Assembly: GCA_002483345.1 (NCBI GenBank)
Contig: DLHS01000015.1
Location: 41,117-105,116 of the forward strand
Origin: Bacteroidetes bacterium UBA7662
Lineage (GTDB): Bacteria; Bacteroidota; Bacteroidia; UBA7662
DNA length: 64,000 nt
Direction: 5' to 3'
Shown in pieces: positions 19,494-29,235 of this stretch (the stretch's first letter is position 1; each line of letters opens with the position of its first letter). Made by a program: the position numbers and the translations under genes. The notes under the pieces were generated by a model that ran no database searches, had not been told where the DNA came from, and was given only the letters and a program-made list of their open reading frames with translations.

Positions 19494-20609
19494 ATGAATC
19501 TCCTTTTTCTTGCATCCTGGTACCCATCTGATGAACAAGCCCGCAACGGATTGTTTATACTGCGGCATGCAGAGGCATTGGCAAAGCATAGTGAACACCG
19601 GGTACAGGTGGCAGCTGCCCTGACTGACAGCCAGGTGAAAAATATCCGGCTGACCTCCTTCGAAGCCGAAGGAGTTACGCACTGGGTAGGGCGATACCCT
19701 GCCTCTCGCTATGGGCTGCTGCAGGCGTTTCGGTATATACAGACTTATCTGCGCATTATCCGTCAGGTCCGAAAGCAAGGTGCAAAACCGGATATGCTGG
19801 TTGTAAACGTTTTGTGGCGGGCGGGTATTGTCGCCTGGTTATACAACTTAATGACCTCCACACCTTATATCATTATCGAACATTGGTCTGGTTATATGCC
19901 TGAAGGAGAAGGGTATAATGGATTTTATCGTAAGTATTTATCTAAGTTAATTGCTGATCAGGCGGAACATATTCTGCCCGTCTCCCATTACCTTGCCAGC
20001 AGCATGCGCGGACAAGGGTTCAACAATCGTTTTACGGTGCTTCCGAATGTAGTGGATACCAAACGGTATCGGCCGGCTCAAATCCGAAAATTAAATCCTG
20101 CTCCGGTTTTATTGCATGTTTCCAACCTGGCACCTGAGAAAAATTTCGGAACCGTTATAGAAATCTGGCATACGCTGAAGCAGGAATTCCCCGCAACTGA
20201 GTTGCGTGTGGCCGGCGCGTATGACAATCTTACCAGAGAACGGTATGGAGATGAAACGGGGCTGCGCTGGCTGGGCTATCTGGAAGCCCCTGACCTTGCG
20301 ACTGAATACCAACAGGCCGATTGTCTGGTCATGCCCAGCACCTTTGAAACCTTCTCTATTGTAGTTGCAGAGGCCCTGGCATGCAATTGCCCTGTACTGG
20401 CCAGCAAGCTTGAAACTTTCCAATTGTATCAGGGAGCTAAAGGCCTGACATTACTGGATCGCCGGGAAACTGCTCTCTGGGTAGCGCATATTAAACGATT
20501 GTGGCAACAGGAAAGCGGAGAAGATGACTTTGAATTTATTGATTCCAGATTTTCTGAATTAAATGTTTCCAAAAAGCTTGCTGGTATAATTGAGGGTGTA
20601 ATACATTGA
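19494..20609 (+). CDS. glycosyltransferase family 1 (GT4)
   Basis: Start placed at MNLLFLASWYPS; C-terminal GT1 motif E(x7)E region (PSTFETFSIVVAEALACNCPVLAS). Confidence 0.8.
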   Translation: MNLLFLASWYPSDEQARNGLFILRHAEALAKHSEHRVQVAAALTDSQVKNIRLTSFEAEGVTHWVGRYPASRYGLLQAFRYIQTYLRIIRQVRKQGAKPDMLVVNVLWRAGIVAWLYNLMTSTPYIIIEHWSGYMPEGEGYNGFYRKYLSKLIADQAEHILPVSHYLASSMRGQGFNNRFTVLPNVVDTKRYRPAQIRKLNPAPVLLHVSNLAPEKNFGTVIEIWHTLKQEFPATELRVAGAYDNLTRERYGDETGLRWLGYLEAPDLATEYQQADCLVMPSTFETFSIVVAEALACNCPVLASKLETFQLYQGAKGLTLLDRRETALWVAHIKRLWQQESGEDDFEFIDSRFSELNVSKKLAGIIEGVIH

Positions 20610-21886
20610 TTAAAATCATTCTTCACACCTTCGCCAGTAAGCTCTTCAACGCCCTGCTGAATTTTGGACTGGTAGTCCTCACTGCCCGTTTTTTAGGAGC
20701 GGAGGTCCGTGGAGAGATTAGTCTGCTCATAGCTACCTTGTATCTTTTTGTACTTGCAAGTGGTTTTGTGGGGGGTGGAGCCATGATATACCTGGCACCT
20801 CGTTTTCCCCGCAGGCAATTATTGATTTTTGCTTATTTATGGGCACTGTTTATTTCGGTCATCCTGGTACCCTTCTGCCTGTATTGGCCGGGATTACCTG
20901 ATCCTGTGCTGCTACACTGGGTGTTGCTTTCGTTGCTTTTTAATCTTACAGCTGCCAATCGGTATATGCTGATAGCAACAGAGAAGATCAAGACTGATAA
21001 CCTGTTGGGAATTTTGTTGAACGGGGTGCAGTTGTTATGCCTGGGGGCGTTTGTTTTTATAGCCAATCAAAGCGATTTAATGGCTTTCGTATTGGTTTTG
21101 TACGTTAGCTGGGGACTTGCACTGGCCGTTTCAGGCTGGCATATCAGAAAGATATGGTCAGAAAACAACCCGACCAGGTGGCAGGTTACCGGTAAGGCCA
21201 TGCTGCATTTTGGATTTTTGTCGCAGGGCGCTAATCTGGCGCAGTTTTTTGGCTACAGGATACAGTTTTACCTGATAGGTGGTTTTTTAGGTAAGGATGC
21301 TGTTGGCGTATTTTCAGTCGCTGTCGCCCTCTCAGAAGCTTTGTGGATGATAACCCAAAGCATTTCATTGGTGCAATTATCCCGTATTTCAAATATGGAA
21401 GATGCCAGCCAAAGTACCGGCTGGTCGATTAAACTGATGAAGGCAAGTATGGTGCTGACATTGGCAGCCTTGTGCGTATTACTGGCATTGCCCGGTTATG
21501 TTTTTGGATGGGTGTTCGGGCAGGATTTTACTGCTTTGAAACCTCTGATATGGCGCATGGCACCCGGAATTTTAGCTTTATCGATGTCAAATATCATTGC
21601 ACATTATTATGCCGGTATCGGAAAAGTGAAGGTGAATTTGCTGATTTCACTCCTGACCATGATTACGGTTTATCTGGCAAACCTCTGGCTGATGTCGGAA
21701 GATGGCCTGAATGGTGCTGCCTGGGCTTCTTCTGTGGCCTACCTCTTGTCGGCTGCGGTATTGGTTGTCTATTTCCTCAGAAGTAACCACCTCCGCTGGC
21801 AGGAGGTGCTCCCGGGCAGAAAAGACAGCCTGATTTTACGTCAATTAATAGAACCTTATGTGCGGAATTACAGGAATCGTCCCTAA
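20606..21886 (+). CDS. polysaccharide biosynthesis protein / Wzx-like oligosaccharide flippase
   Basis: About 12 predicted TM helices; 4-nt overlap with upstream GT1; 426 aa. Confidence 0.7.
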   Translation: MIKIILHTFASKLFNALLNFGLVVLTARFLGAEVRGEISLLIATLYLFVLASGFVGGGAMIYLAPRFPRRQLLIFAYLWALFISVILVPFCLYWPGLPDPVLLHWVLLSLLFNLTAANRYMLIATEKIKTDNLLGILLNGVQLLCLGAFVFIANQSDLMAFVLVLYVSWGLALAVSGWHIRKIWSENNPTRWQVTGKAMLHFGFLSQGANLAQFFGYRIQFYLIGGFLGKDAVGVFSVAVALSEALWMITQSISLVQLSRISNMEDASQSTGWSIKLMKASMVLTLAALCVLLALPGYVFGWVFGQDFTALKPLIWRMAPGILALSMSNIIAHYYAGIGKVKVNLLISLLTMITVYLANLWLMSEDGLNGAAWASSVAYLLSAAVLVVYFLRSNHLRWQEVLPGRKDSLILRQLIEPYVRNYRNRP

Positions 21887-23819
21887 AGGCTCTTTTACTG
21901 AAACAGCGGTTGTACTGAGAAGAATGAACAACCGTTTGAAACACCGAGGACCGGATGACGCGGGTTTTTGGCTTGGAGATGTTCAGAACAGCCGTTCTTT
22001 TGCAGATCCGGAAAGCCATCCCGATATAAGGGCAATCCTGCCGCTACTTGATACAGCTCTTACTCAAAAGGTTGGACTGGGTCATCGCCGCCTGTCCATC
22101 ATTGACCTGTCACCGGCCGGTCATCAGCCAATGCTTAGTCAGGATGAACGTTTTGTCCTGAGCTACAACGGCGAACTGTACAACTACATCGAATTACGGG
22201 CAGAACTGACCTCCAAAGGACATACTTTTAAAACGGCTGGTGATGCAGAAGTACTGATCGCCGCCTGGCAGCATTGGGGGCCCGATGCACTCAGCCATTT
22301 TGAAGGTATGTGGGCATTCGCCCTGTACGACCGCCAGGAGCACAAACTGTGGCTGGTAAGAGACAGAACGGGCGTAAAACCCTTGTTTTACCTTACGACG
22401 AAGGAGGCTTTCCTGTTTGCTTCTGAACCTAAAGCCTTGCTGGCCAGCGGTCTTTATACGCCTGTCCTGAATGAAGGGGCTGCTTACAGTTTTCTGGTGC
22501 ATGCTGCACTCGACGAGGATCAGGGGTATTTGTTAGAAGATATTCAGGAGTTAGCAGCCGGTCACTGGCTTCAATACGACTTGCGTACTGACGATATGGA
22601 GGTCAAACGATACCACCAGCCTATCTGGAACGACGATCTGAAGGCAGCCAGTACCTTTCAGCGTGAACTTACGGTGACTACTATCCGGGAGCAACTGACC
22701 AGATCGGTTAACCTTAGGTTACGCTCGGATGTAAAAGTGGGGGCGAGCCTTTCCGGAGGCCTCGACAGCGCTGCTTTAGCAGCACTGGCTGCCAAAGAGA
22801 CAGGTTTTCCACTTTTTACGGCAGTTTATGACGGTTTTCCTGAAAATGAAGGTCATTACGCCAGAGCCGTAGCAGAGCTGTTGAAAGCAGACTGGCAGCC
22901 TGTTGAAGTAAATGCAGCAGGCATTGCTGACCGGCTGGAGGACATGGTAAACATACAGGATGGCCCTGTACTGGCATTGAGTACGTTTGCCCAGTTATTG
23001 ATTTGCGAAACGGCACACCGGCAGGGAGTAACCATATTGCTCGATGGCCAGGGTGGAGATGAATTGTTTACAGGTTATGACCGTTACTGGCTTAGTTTTT
23101 ACCAGCAGGCTTTGCAAACAGGTAATTTATCTGTTCTGGGAGCCGCTTTTCAGCAAGCAGGCAAACAGAAATTATTATTCAATTCCATGTCGTCCCTGTT
23201 TCTGAACCCCTTGCTGGGAAACCGCCGGTTGGGCGCCTTTTTCAGGAATACATTGGCGCAACGAAAGCCAGAATTGGCCTACCTGGATAAAAATTATGCA
23301 GAACAGCACTTTGCCCTGTCCATGGCTTATGTAAGCAGGGGCGTAGCGTCCAGTGTAAATGCCCAGCAAGCCAGAGAACTGTACGGCTATGACCTGAAAA
23401 ACCTGCTGCGCTGGGGAGACCGCAACAGCATGTCGGCAGCCATTGAAAACAGAGCCCCCTTTGCCGACGACCCGCAACTGGCTCAGCTGTTACTGTCAAT
23501 ACCGGCAGCAGAAAAACTCGACATTCAAGGTGTCAGTAAAAAGCTGCTTAGAGAAGCCATGCAGGGTAAATTACCTGAAATGGTGCTTCATAGGCAGGAT
23601 AAACAGGGATTTACAACACCTCAGCTACCCTGGATGAAAACACTGTGGCCCGTATGGAAGCAATACCTGGAATATCTGCCCGGCTGGGTAAACAAAGGAG
23701 CCATCCACAGAGACGCTAACCGGTTGCTGGAGGATGCCCGGGGAGTTGCTTTTTTACTCAGAGCAGTATCACTGGGGGCGTGGCTTAAAAATTTGCAGGC
23801 CCATACCAAAAGCTTGTAA
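21858..23819 (+). CDS. asnB: asparagine synthase (glutamine-hydrolysing) family amidotransferase
   Basis: MCGITGIV Ntn-Cys2 start, SGGLDS PP-loop, 653 aa. Confidence 0.85.
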   Translation: MCGITGIVPKGSFTETAVVLRRMNNRLKHRGPDDAGFWLGDVQNSRSFADPESHPDIRAILPLLDTALTQKVGLGHRRLSIIDLSPAGHQPMLSQDERFVLSYNGELYNYIELRAELTSKGHTFKTAGDAEVLIAAWQHWGPDALSHFEGMWAFALYDRQEHKLWLVRDRTGVKPLFYLTTKEAFLFASEPKALLASGLYTPVLNEGAAYSFLVHAALDEDQGYLLEDIQELAAGHWLQYDLRTDDMEVKRYHQPIWNDDLKAASTFQRELTVTTIREQLTRSVNLRLRSDVKVGASLSGGLDSAALAALAAKETGFPLFTAVYDGFPENEGHYARAVAELLKADWQPVEVNAAGIADRLEDMVNIQDGPVLALSTFAQLLICETAHRQGVTILLDGQGGDELFTGYDRYWLSFYQQALQTGNLSVLGAAFQQAGKQKLLFNSMSSLFLNPLLGNRRLGAFFRNTLAQRKPELAYLDKNYAEQHFALSMAYVSRGVASSVNAQQARELYGYDLKNLLRWGDRNSMSAAIENRAPFADDPQLAQLLLSIPAAEKLDIQGVSKKLLREAMQGKLPEMVLHRQDKQGFTTPQLPWMKTLWPVWKQYLEYLPGWVNKGAIHRDANRLLEDARGVAFLLRAVSLGAWLKNLQAHTKSL

Positions 23820-23838
23820 ATAATTTCAAAAAGAGGCT

Positions 23839-23846
23839 ATATTTGC
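23839..23846 (+). promoter_or_regulatory. candidate Bacteroidetes sigmaA -7 box (TATATTTG) for tRNA-His, with TTG at 23814-23816 as possible -33
   Basis: Matches the TAnnTTTG consensus, 36 nt upstream of the tRNA 5' end. Confidence 0.35.
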
Positions 23847-23881
23847 ATTCCCTTAACAATCCCGCATTAATGCGGGAAAAT

Positions 23882-23958
23882 GGTGGTTGTAGCTCAGTTG
23901 GTTAGAGCACTAGATTGTGGTTCTAGGGGTCGTGGGTTCGAGCCCCATCTTCCACCCA
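23882..23958 (+). tRNA. tRNA-His (anticodon GTG) with encoded G-1
   Basis: D-arm GCTC/AGTTGGTTA/GAGC, anticodon stem-loop CTAGA-TTGTGGT-TCTAG, T-arm GTGGG-TTCGAGC-CCCAT, discriminator C. Two T.T oppositions in the acceptor stem were noted. Confidence 0.8.
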
Positions 23959-23959
23959 A

Positions 23960-23990
23960 AAAGTCCCGTTTTACGGGACTTTTTTGTTTT
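23960..23990 (+). terminator. rho-independent terminator after tRNA-His (AAAGTCCCG-ttta-CGGGACTTTTTTG)
   Basis: Perfect 9-bp stem followed by a T-tract. Confidence 0.6.
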
Positions 23991-24357
23991 TATCTGGTTT
24001 TCGGATTATGATCAGAGATTCCTGCCCGACAAAGGCATAGCCCAGATCATAACAGAAGTAATAGGTATTACCTGCAGCAGTAGTGAGGGCGTGCGTATGA
24101 TACCTGAAATCAAAACCCAGTTCTGAGATTTTGTTCCGGTGTATTTTGCTTTTTCCTATGCTATTCAGGAGCATTTTCTCCAGGATTTTACGGTTTCTCC
24201 AGAGTATGCTGTGAATGAAACGGACAGAAGCGGTGTTTTTGGCCGATCGCAGGTTGTTGTAGTTGTTCCGGCATTGGTCATCGCAGAATTTTTTATCACT
24301 GCGACCCCGGAGAGGAGTGCCGCATTGTTGACAAAGGGATATTTCAGCTTGTTTCAT
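23971..24357 (-). CDS. hypothetical zinc-ribbon protein (CxxC...CxxxC)
   Basis: N-terminal CQQCGTPL...KKFCDDQC; the 3' end overlaps the tRNA terminator hairpin. Confidence 0.45.
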   Translation of the reverse strand: MKQAEISLCQQCGTPLRGRSDKKFCDDQCRNNYNNLRSAKNTASVRFIHSILWRNRKILEKMLLNSIGKSKIHRNKISELGFDFRYHTHALTTAAGNTYYFCYDLGYAFVGQESLIIIRKPDKNKKVP

Positions 24358-24504
24358 GAGATAAGATTTGGAATAAATATTTGTAGTCGCTTACATCCGA
24401 TTACAAGTGCTTAATATCCGGCTGCTTCTTATCTCGTTTGCAGCTTTGTTTGTCGGGAATCAACCCAACTTTTTAACCTTTTGTACATTTTAAACAATTC
24501 TGCC

Positions 24505-24864
24505 ATGAGCAACATGAAAAATCAGGTCAGACTGATCGGAAATCTTGGGATGGATCCCGAGATAAAAGAAGTGGGGACCAACCGGAAACTCGCCAAGTTC
24601 AGTCTGGCCACCAACGAAACCTACCGCAATGACAAAGGTGAACGCATCACCGAAACCCAGTGGCATAATCTGATTGGCTGGGGAAGAATTGCCATCATTT
24701 GCGAGAAGTACCTTAAAAAAGGGGCAGAAATCGCGGTAGAGGGAAAGTTGAACAACCGATCCTATGTGGACAGAGAGGGTCACAAACGGTATGTAAGTGA
24801 GGTAGTCGTCTCTGACATGGTATTGCTGGGAAGCAGAAACAAGGCAATGGCAGAAGAGGGGTAA
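24505..24864 (+). CDS. ssb: single-stranded DNA-binding protein (short paralog lacking the acidic tail)
   Basis: OB-fold SSB signature VRLIGNLG...TQWHNL..WG; ends AMAEEG with no DDIPF tail. Confidence 0.75.
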   Translation: MSNMKNQVRLIGNLGMDPEIKEVGTNRKLAKFSLATNETYRNDKGERITETQWHNLIGWGRIAIICEKYLKKGAEIAVEGKLNNRSYVDREGHKRYVSEVVVSDMVLLGSRNKAMAEEG

Positions 24865-24872
24865 GCCGGATC

Positions 24873-25002
24873 GGCTGTCCCGGGAATGGAGCGCGTATCG
24901 TTATAAAGTTAAAAACAGGAGCGGCAAAGAAAAAACTGTCTCGCCTCCCACTTCTCACTGCCCGATTCTCGTTTCTCGATGTCTAAAAAACCCGGGACAG
25001 CC
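24873..25002. repeat. 12-bp inverted repeat GGCTGTCCCGGG...CCCGGGACAGCC enclosing a solo arm of the GAGAGGCGAGAC repeat family (24936..24983)
   Basis: Seen directly in sequence between the convergent ssb and T9SS-cargo genes. Confidence 0.45.
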
Positions 25003-25019
25003 TTTTAAACCCAAAATAC

Positions 25020-27062
25020 TTATCGGATAATAGCGAATTTGCCTGTTTGTATGTCGTTCGTTTTCATGTCTTTGACACTGAAAAGATAAAGACCGCTGGC
25101 AATGGCCTGTTTGTCGTCAGAAAGCACATCCCAGCCATGTTCTCCGCCTGCCATGGTAGTTTTAGCCGGGTCGCCCCCGAAGCTTGTATACCAGCCGCTG
25201 TTGGAGCCATTGAAGTCTGCCCCGGCATCATGGTTCAGCGTAGCCACGATATCTCCTGCCAGTGTATAGATTCTGATCTCCGCTCTTTCTGGCAGGTTGT
25301 AGAACATGATTTTACGCGTCCTGGAGGTTGTGCCGTCCCAGGCAGCCGAAATGCGGTATGGGTTCGGATACACCCCAACTTTGGAGGTTTTCCCCATCGG
25401 GCCTCCTTCAGTACCCGGGAAAATACGGTAGGCATTTTGCACCCTGGATGATTCCAGCGATTGCAGGCCAATGGCCGGATCACCTTCATCGAAAGATGTA
25501 ATGATGTAGAGATACTGCCAGCCATTCAGCAGGTTATCTACCTCAAACTTATACCAGTATCTGGTGGTGTCTCCTTCAAACAGCTTGGGTGTATTAAGAC
25601 GTACACCGTCAAAACCATTGTTGAAGCCGATACCATTGCCGGGTTTATCCCATTGACCAATCAGCGCGGCCTGTTCCAGCAAATTGGGTTTGAGGTCATC
25701 ACCCGGTTTGGTTCTGTAAACCCGGTAGCCCTCAAAATCCTGTTTTTTGGTAATGGGATCTATCGAAACGGCCGCAGAACTGTCCCAGTAAATGATGGCT
25801 TTGTTAGAGGCGGTTTCAATCCGCACTTTGGGTGGATTGGTTGGCTCAGGGAGTATGTATCTGTCCAGCCGGTTGTTATTGTTCAGGTCTTCACCCGCAT
25901 CCAAACGGCCATTCTCATTGGTGTCTTCTCCTACGTAGGTGCGTTTTGCCCAGCCCAGGTTCTCGCGTAGCAGGGCTTTGGCATTGTAGCTGTCTTTCGG
26001 CACATCGTCTATCTGTCGGGCGCAGACTACAGCCAGAACCAGACCAACGGTCTCACCGGGTTCTACCCGGGTTACCGGTCCTATGCTGTACAATTGTACC
26101 CGGTTTGCAGGAGCTGCCAGACCGGCTGCCGGGCTGAAATCACCGCGGTTACGCATCCGGTCATAACGCTGCTGATCGTTGGTCGGAGCGGAGACATTGT
26201 ACAACCAGTAGTTTGGGTTAGCACGGGGTGCGGGTAAACCCTGATTGGTGAATGTATTGGCATTGTTCGGATGGAAATACTGATTTCTCCACTCAATACC
26301 CAGAAATTGAATAGCTCCGTAAGAGTTGGTAAAACCCGGGTCGCCGGTTACATCGTAGGCGTACAAGGCGAGGAGCGTGTCTTCAAAGCCAATACTTCCC
26401 TTATTGAAAAAGGCACTTCCACGATCTACTGTAACATTTACATTCCGAACCACCAGGTCGCTCCACATACCGAGATACACCGAATCCCACGCACTTCCGG
26501 AATTATTGGTGATCTGATAGTTCAGGATAACAAAATAGTCGGCAAAGGAGAAGTTCCAGGCATAGGTTTCAAGCCTTACCCGTGCATTCAGCGGGTTCAG
26601 GTGGTTGTTGATGGGTTGGTTGGTACCCGGAACAATGGTGAATTCGTCGGTAAAGTTGAGGATATTATCTTCATGGGAAATAGCTTGTGTGCTGAACACT
26701 TCGCTACCCGGAAGGCTTGACCGTTGTAGAATAGGAGAGCCGGGCATGGCTGAATATTCGAAGCCTGCTTTTCCGGTAGCGTAGCCGGAAGCATCATCGA
26801 GCGAACCGGTTGAAACGGCAAGCTGGCCATTCTGGTAGGCTCCGATCCATAAGCCAGCCTCAAACAGATGTTCGACCCCTGAGTTGAGCGGGTACTCCAT
26901 GGAAGGCGGCCCTTGCGGGTCGTTGCGCACGTTGGGGCGCCCAACGGTGCCCACATTGGTCACATTCAAGCCAATATTGCCTATCTGGATAGATTTCTGG
27001 TCAAATTGTGCTGACAGTTCGCCGGCGAACAGCAAACAAGCCAGTAACAGGATTCGCTTCAT
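25020..27062 (-). CDS. hypothetical secreted protein with extended T9SS-type C-terminal sorting domain
   Basis: Signal peptide MKRILLLACLLFAGELSAQ; C-terminal VYPNPYRISAAW...GLYLFSV...KFAIIR. Confidence 0.7.
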   Translation of the reverse strand: MKRILLLACLLFAGELSAQFDQKSIQIGNIGLNVTNVGTVGRPNVRNDPQGPPSMEYPLNSGVEHLFEAGLWIGAYQNGQLAVSTGSLDDASGYATGKAGFEYSAMPGSPILQRSSLPGSEVFSTQAISHEDNILNFTDEFTIVPGTNQPINNHLNPLNARVRLETYAWNFSFADYFVILNYQITNNSGSAWDSVYLGMWSDLVVRNVNVTVDRGSAFFNKGSIGFEDTLLALYAYDVTGDPGFTNSYGAIQFLGIEWRNQYFHPNNANTFTNQGLPAPRANPNYWLYNVSAPTNDQQRYDRMRNRGDFSPAAGLAAPANRVQLYSIGPVTRVEPGETVGLVLAVVCARQIDDVPKDSYNAKALLRENLGWAKRTYVGEDTNENGRLDAGEDLNNNNRLDRYILPEPTNPPKVRIETASNKAIIYWDSSAAVSIDPITKKQDFEGYRVYRTKPGDDLKPNLLEQAALIGQWDKPGNGIGFNNGFDGVRLNTPKLFEGDTTRYWYKFEVDNLLNGWQYLYIITSFDEGDPAIGLQSLESSRVQNAYRIFPGTEGGPMGKTSKVGVYPNPYRISAAWDGTTSRTRKIMFYNLPERAEIRIYTLAGDIVATLNHDAGADFNGSNSGWYTSFGGDPAKTTMAGGEHGWDVLSDDKQAIASGLYLFSVKDMKTNDIQTGKFAIIR

Positions 27063-27098
27063 ACGTTGCGAAGATAAGGAGCTTCGGTTATTGGAAGG

Positions 27099-27716
27099 TT
27101 AAGGCTTTGTATCTGGGTACATACATTTTGCCAAATAATTACGGGCTTCGGGCCCCACATTAAAAAGCAGATCAAGTATGCTCAGATTTTCAAGAAATCC
27201 ATGACGCTCGGCAAAGGGCTGGTAATAAGGAATCCACCTGGAAGGTAGCGCTGTTTGCAGCCCTTCGTAACGCAAGTCAATGACAGCATGATCGCCGGGA
27301 ATTACAAAAATATCCGTGACCCTGTACAAGGTATCAAGACGCAGGAGCTTGTGAATCGTTTGCAGGAGTTCAAAGTTAAAATCCCACAGTTTTTCATAGG
27401 TATTTTCGTAAAAAGGTGCTAACCAGGGACTGTAATCATCGTAATAGGGCGCCTTGCCATAGGCGGTTTTGATGGCGTTCCAGTGCTGTTTTTGCCAGTT
27501 TTTACTGTTGTCGATGGTCAATTCTGAGACCAGGCAGCGCTGATTTCGTCCACCTGAAAGTGGGATGCTAAGTATCTGTTTACCCTGTGCAGTGGTAATT
27601 TCACAACGGTTTCTGCCTGAAGCTTTGACAAAATGCTCACAATTCTCCAGCCTTACGGTGGGGTATTTGATTAAATTTGTATACCACCCCAAAGCCGGTA
27701 GGTAATGAAGCGCCAT
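27099..27716 (-). CDS. WbqC-like family protein
   Basis: Start set to the ATG at 27716 (MALHYLPALGWY). The conserved WbqC region is YLPALGWYTNL...ILDLLFNVG. Confidence 0.65.
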   Translation of the reverse strand: MALHYLPALGWYTNLIKYPTVRLENCEHFVKASGRNRCEITTAQGKQILSIPLSGGRNQRCLVSELTIDNSKNWQKQHWNAIKTAYGKAPYYDDYSPWLAPFYENTYEKLWDFNFELLQTIHKLLRLDTLYRVTDIFVIPGDHAVIDLRYEGLQTALPSRWIPYYQPFAERHGFLENLSILDLLFNVGPEARNYLAKCMYPDTKP

Positions 27717-29229
27717 GAGAACGTCCCTTTTTTCAGTCACCTTAGCTGATTTTGCTGCAATGTTAAGCGGTTCATACCGAAGGCTCGTATTTGTAACCGG
27801 ATTATTTTTGTTGCTGACTCCCGGAGATGGTTTTGCAATTGATGCCCAGTTTAAACATTGTGTCTTCCGGCAACCGGGCAAAGGGCCTTACGTTGAAACA
27901 TACCTGTCGGTCAACAGCCGTTCGATAGCTTTTGCCAGGATCGCGGAAAACAGCTTTCAGGGTAGTATTGAGGTAACGATTGATTTTTCACGGAACGATA
28001 CCATAGTTGTATTTGATAAGTATGTGCTGAAAAGTCCGGTCATTGACAGCAATACCAATACCCGCTTTTCTTTTCTTGATTTGCAACGTTTTCGGCTCGA
28101 CCCCGGGATGTATACCCTCCACCTGAAAATCACAGATACCAACGACAGCAGTAATACAGCCTCCGCCAGTGAAAAAATTGAAGTCCTCCACGAAACAGGA
28201 AAAGTCAATATATCTGACCTGATGCTTGCAAGCAGTATTACCCCTTCCATGGGTACAAGCTCTCTGGTCAAAAGCGGTCTCGAGATTGTCCCGCGTCCCT
28301 CGGCTTTTTATGGCAATAATCAGGATACCCTGCAATACTATCTGGAAGTGTATGGCACCGAAAAACTGGTTGGTGACTCCGTTTTTATTGTTAAAAGCTG
28401 GATAGAAAACGGGGATGGTGCCACCGTAACGAATATGAGTCGTTTTTACAGGAAAACCCCTGGTACGGTCATTCCGCTGGCAGATGCGTTGCTGATAGAT
28501 GAACTGCCTTCCGGTAACTATTTCCTTAAAGTAGAGGTCAGAAGCCGGCTGAACGATTTGCTGGCCTCCCGGCAGCTTAAAATACAACGCCTCAACAACA
28601 ACCTTGTCTTCGATGAAGCCAAAATTCTGGCAACCAAACTCGGCGGTACCTTTGTAGATAAGTATACCCGGAATGAATTGCTCGATCATGTGAAATCACT
28701 TCGCCCGATTACGCAATTCAACGAAAGACAGTACGCCGATAATCTGCTGAAGAACAAAGAAGTAGATGAAGAGCTTCTGAAACGTTACATGCTCAGTTTC
28801 TGGGAAAAAAGAAATCCGGGAAACCCGCGTGCGGCCTGGGAAACCTATTACGCAGAAGTACAGAAGGCCAACCAATTGTTCAGTTCGAAGATCAACCGCG
28901 GTTATGCTACCGAAAGAGGACGGGTTTATTTGCAGTACGGAGTACCTAACAGCCGCACCGTAGTAGACAATGAACCGAGCGCCTATCCCTATGAAATCTG
29001 GTGGTACTATGAGTACCAGGGGCAGCGTAACATCCGCTTTGTATTCTATAATCCTGATTTGATTACCAACGATTATGTACTGCTGCACTCCGAAGCCCTG
29101 GGAGAGACCTTTGACCCGCAATGGCGTCTGATTATTTTCAGCCGTACCACGGCCTTTCAGAATCTCGACGACACGCAGAATCGTGACCATTTCGGTACCC
29201 GTCTGGAAGAAAATTACAGGAATCAGTAA
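27715..29229 (+). CDS. GWxTD domain-containing protein
   Basis: C-terminal block FWEKRNP...AWETYYAEVQKANQLF...GYATERGRVYLQYGVPN...YPYEIWWY matches GWxTD-domain architecture; signal peptide. Confidence 0.65.
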   Translation: MRTSLFSVTLADFAAMLSGSYRRLVFVTGLFLLLTPGDGFAIDAQFKHCVFRQPGKGPYVETYLSVNSRSIAFARIAENSFQGSIEVTIDFSRNDTIVVFDKYVLKSPVIDSNTNTRFSFLDLQRFRLDPGMYTLHLKITDTNDSSNTASASEKIEVLHETGKVNISDLMLASSITPSMGTSSLVKSGLEIVPRPSAFYGNNQDTLQYYLEVYGTEKLVGDSVFIVKSWIENGDGATVTNMSRFYRKTPGTVIPLADALLIDELPSGNYFLKVEVRSRLNDLLASRQLKIQRLNNNLVFDEAKILATKLGGTFVDKYTRNELLDHVKSLRPITQFNERQYADNLLKNKEVDEELLKRYMLSFWEKRNPGNPRAAWETYYAEVQKANQLFSSKINRGYATERGRVYLQYGVPNSRTVVDNEPSAYPYEIWWYYEYQGQRNIRFVFYNPDLITNDYVLLHSEALGETFDPQWRLIIFSRTTAFQNLDDTQNRDHFGTRLEENYRNQ

Positions 29230-29235
29230 GGCTGC

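Noticed and set aside
23882-23958. Possibility that the tRNA-His is a pseudogene because of two T.T oppositions in the acceptor stem
   Set aside because: D-, anticodon- and T-arms are canonical, G-1/C73 is present, and it has its own promoter-like box and terminator. The mismatches are more likely tolerated or my pairing register is off by one. Kept as a functional tRNA.
23820-24480. Integrase or mobile element next to tRNA-His (typical island insertion site)
   Set aside because: Only a small zinc-ribbon ORF and ssb follow; no recombinase, no direct repeat of the tRNA 3' end.
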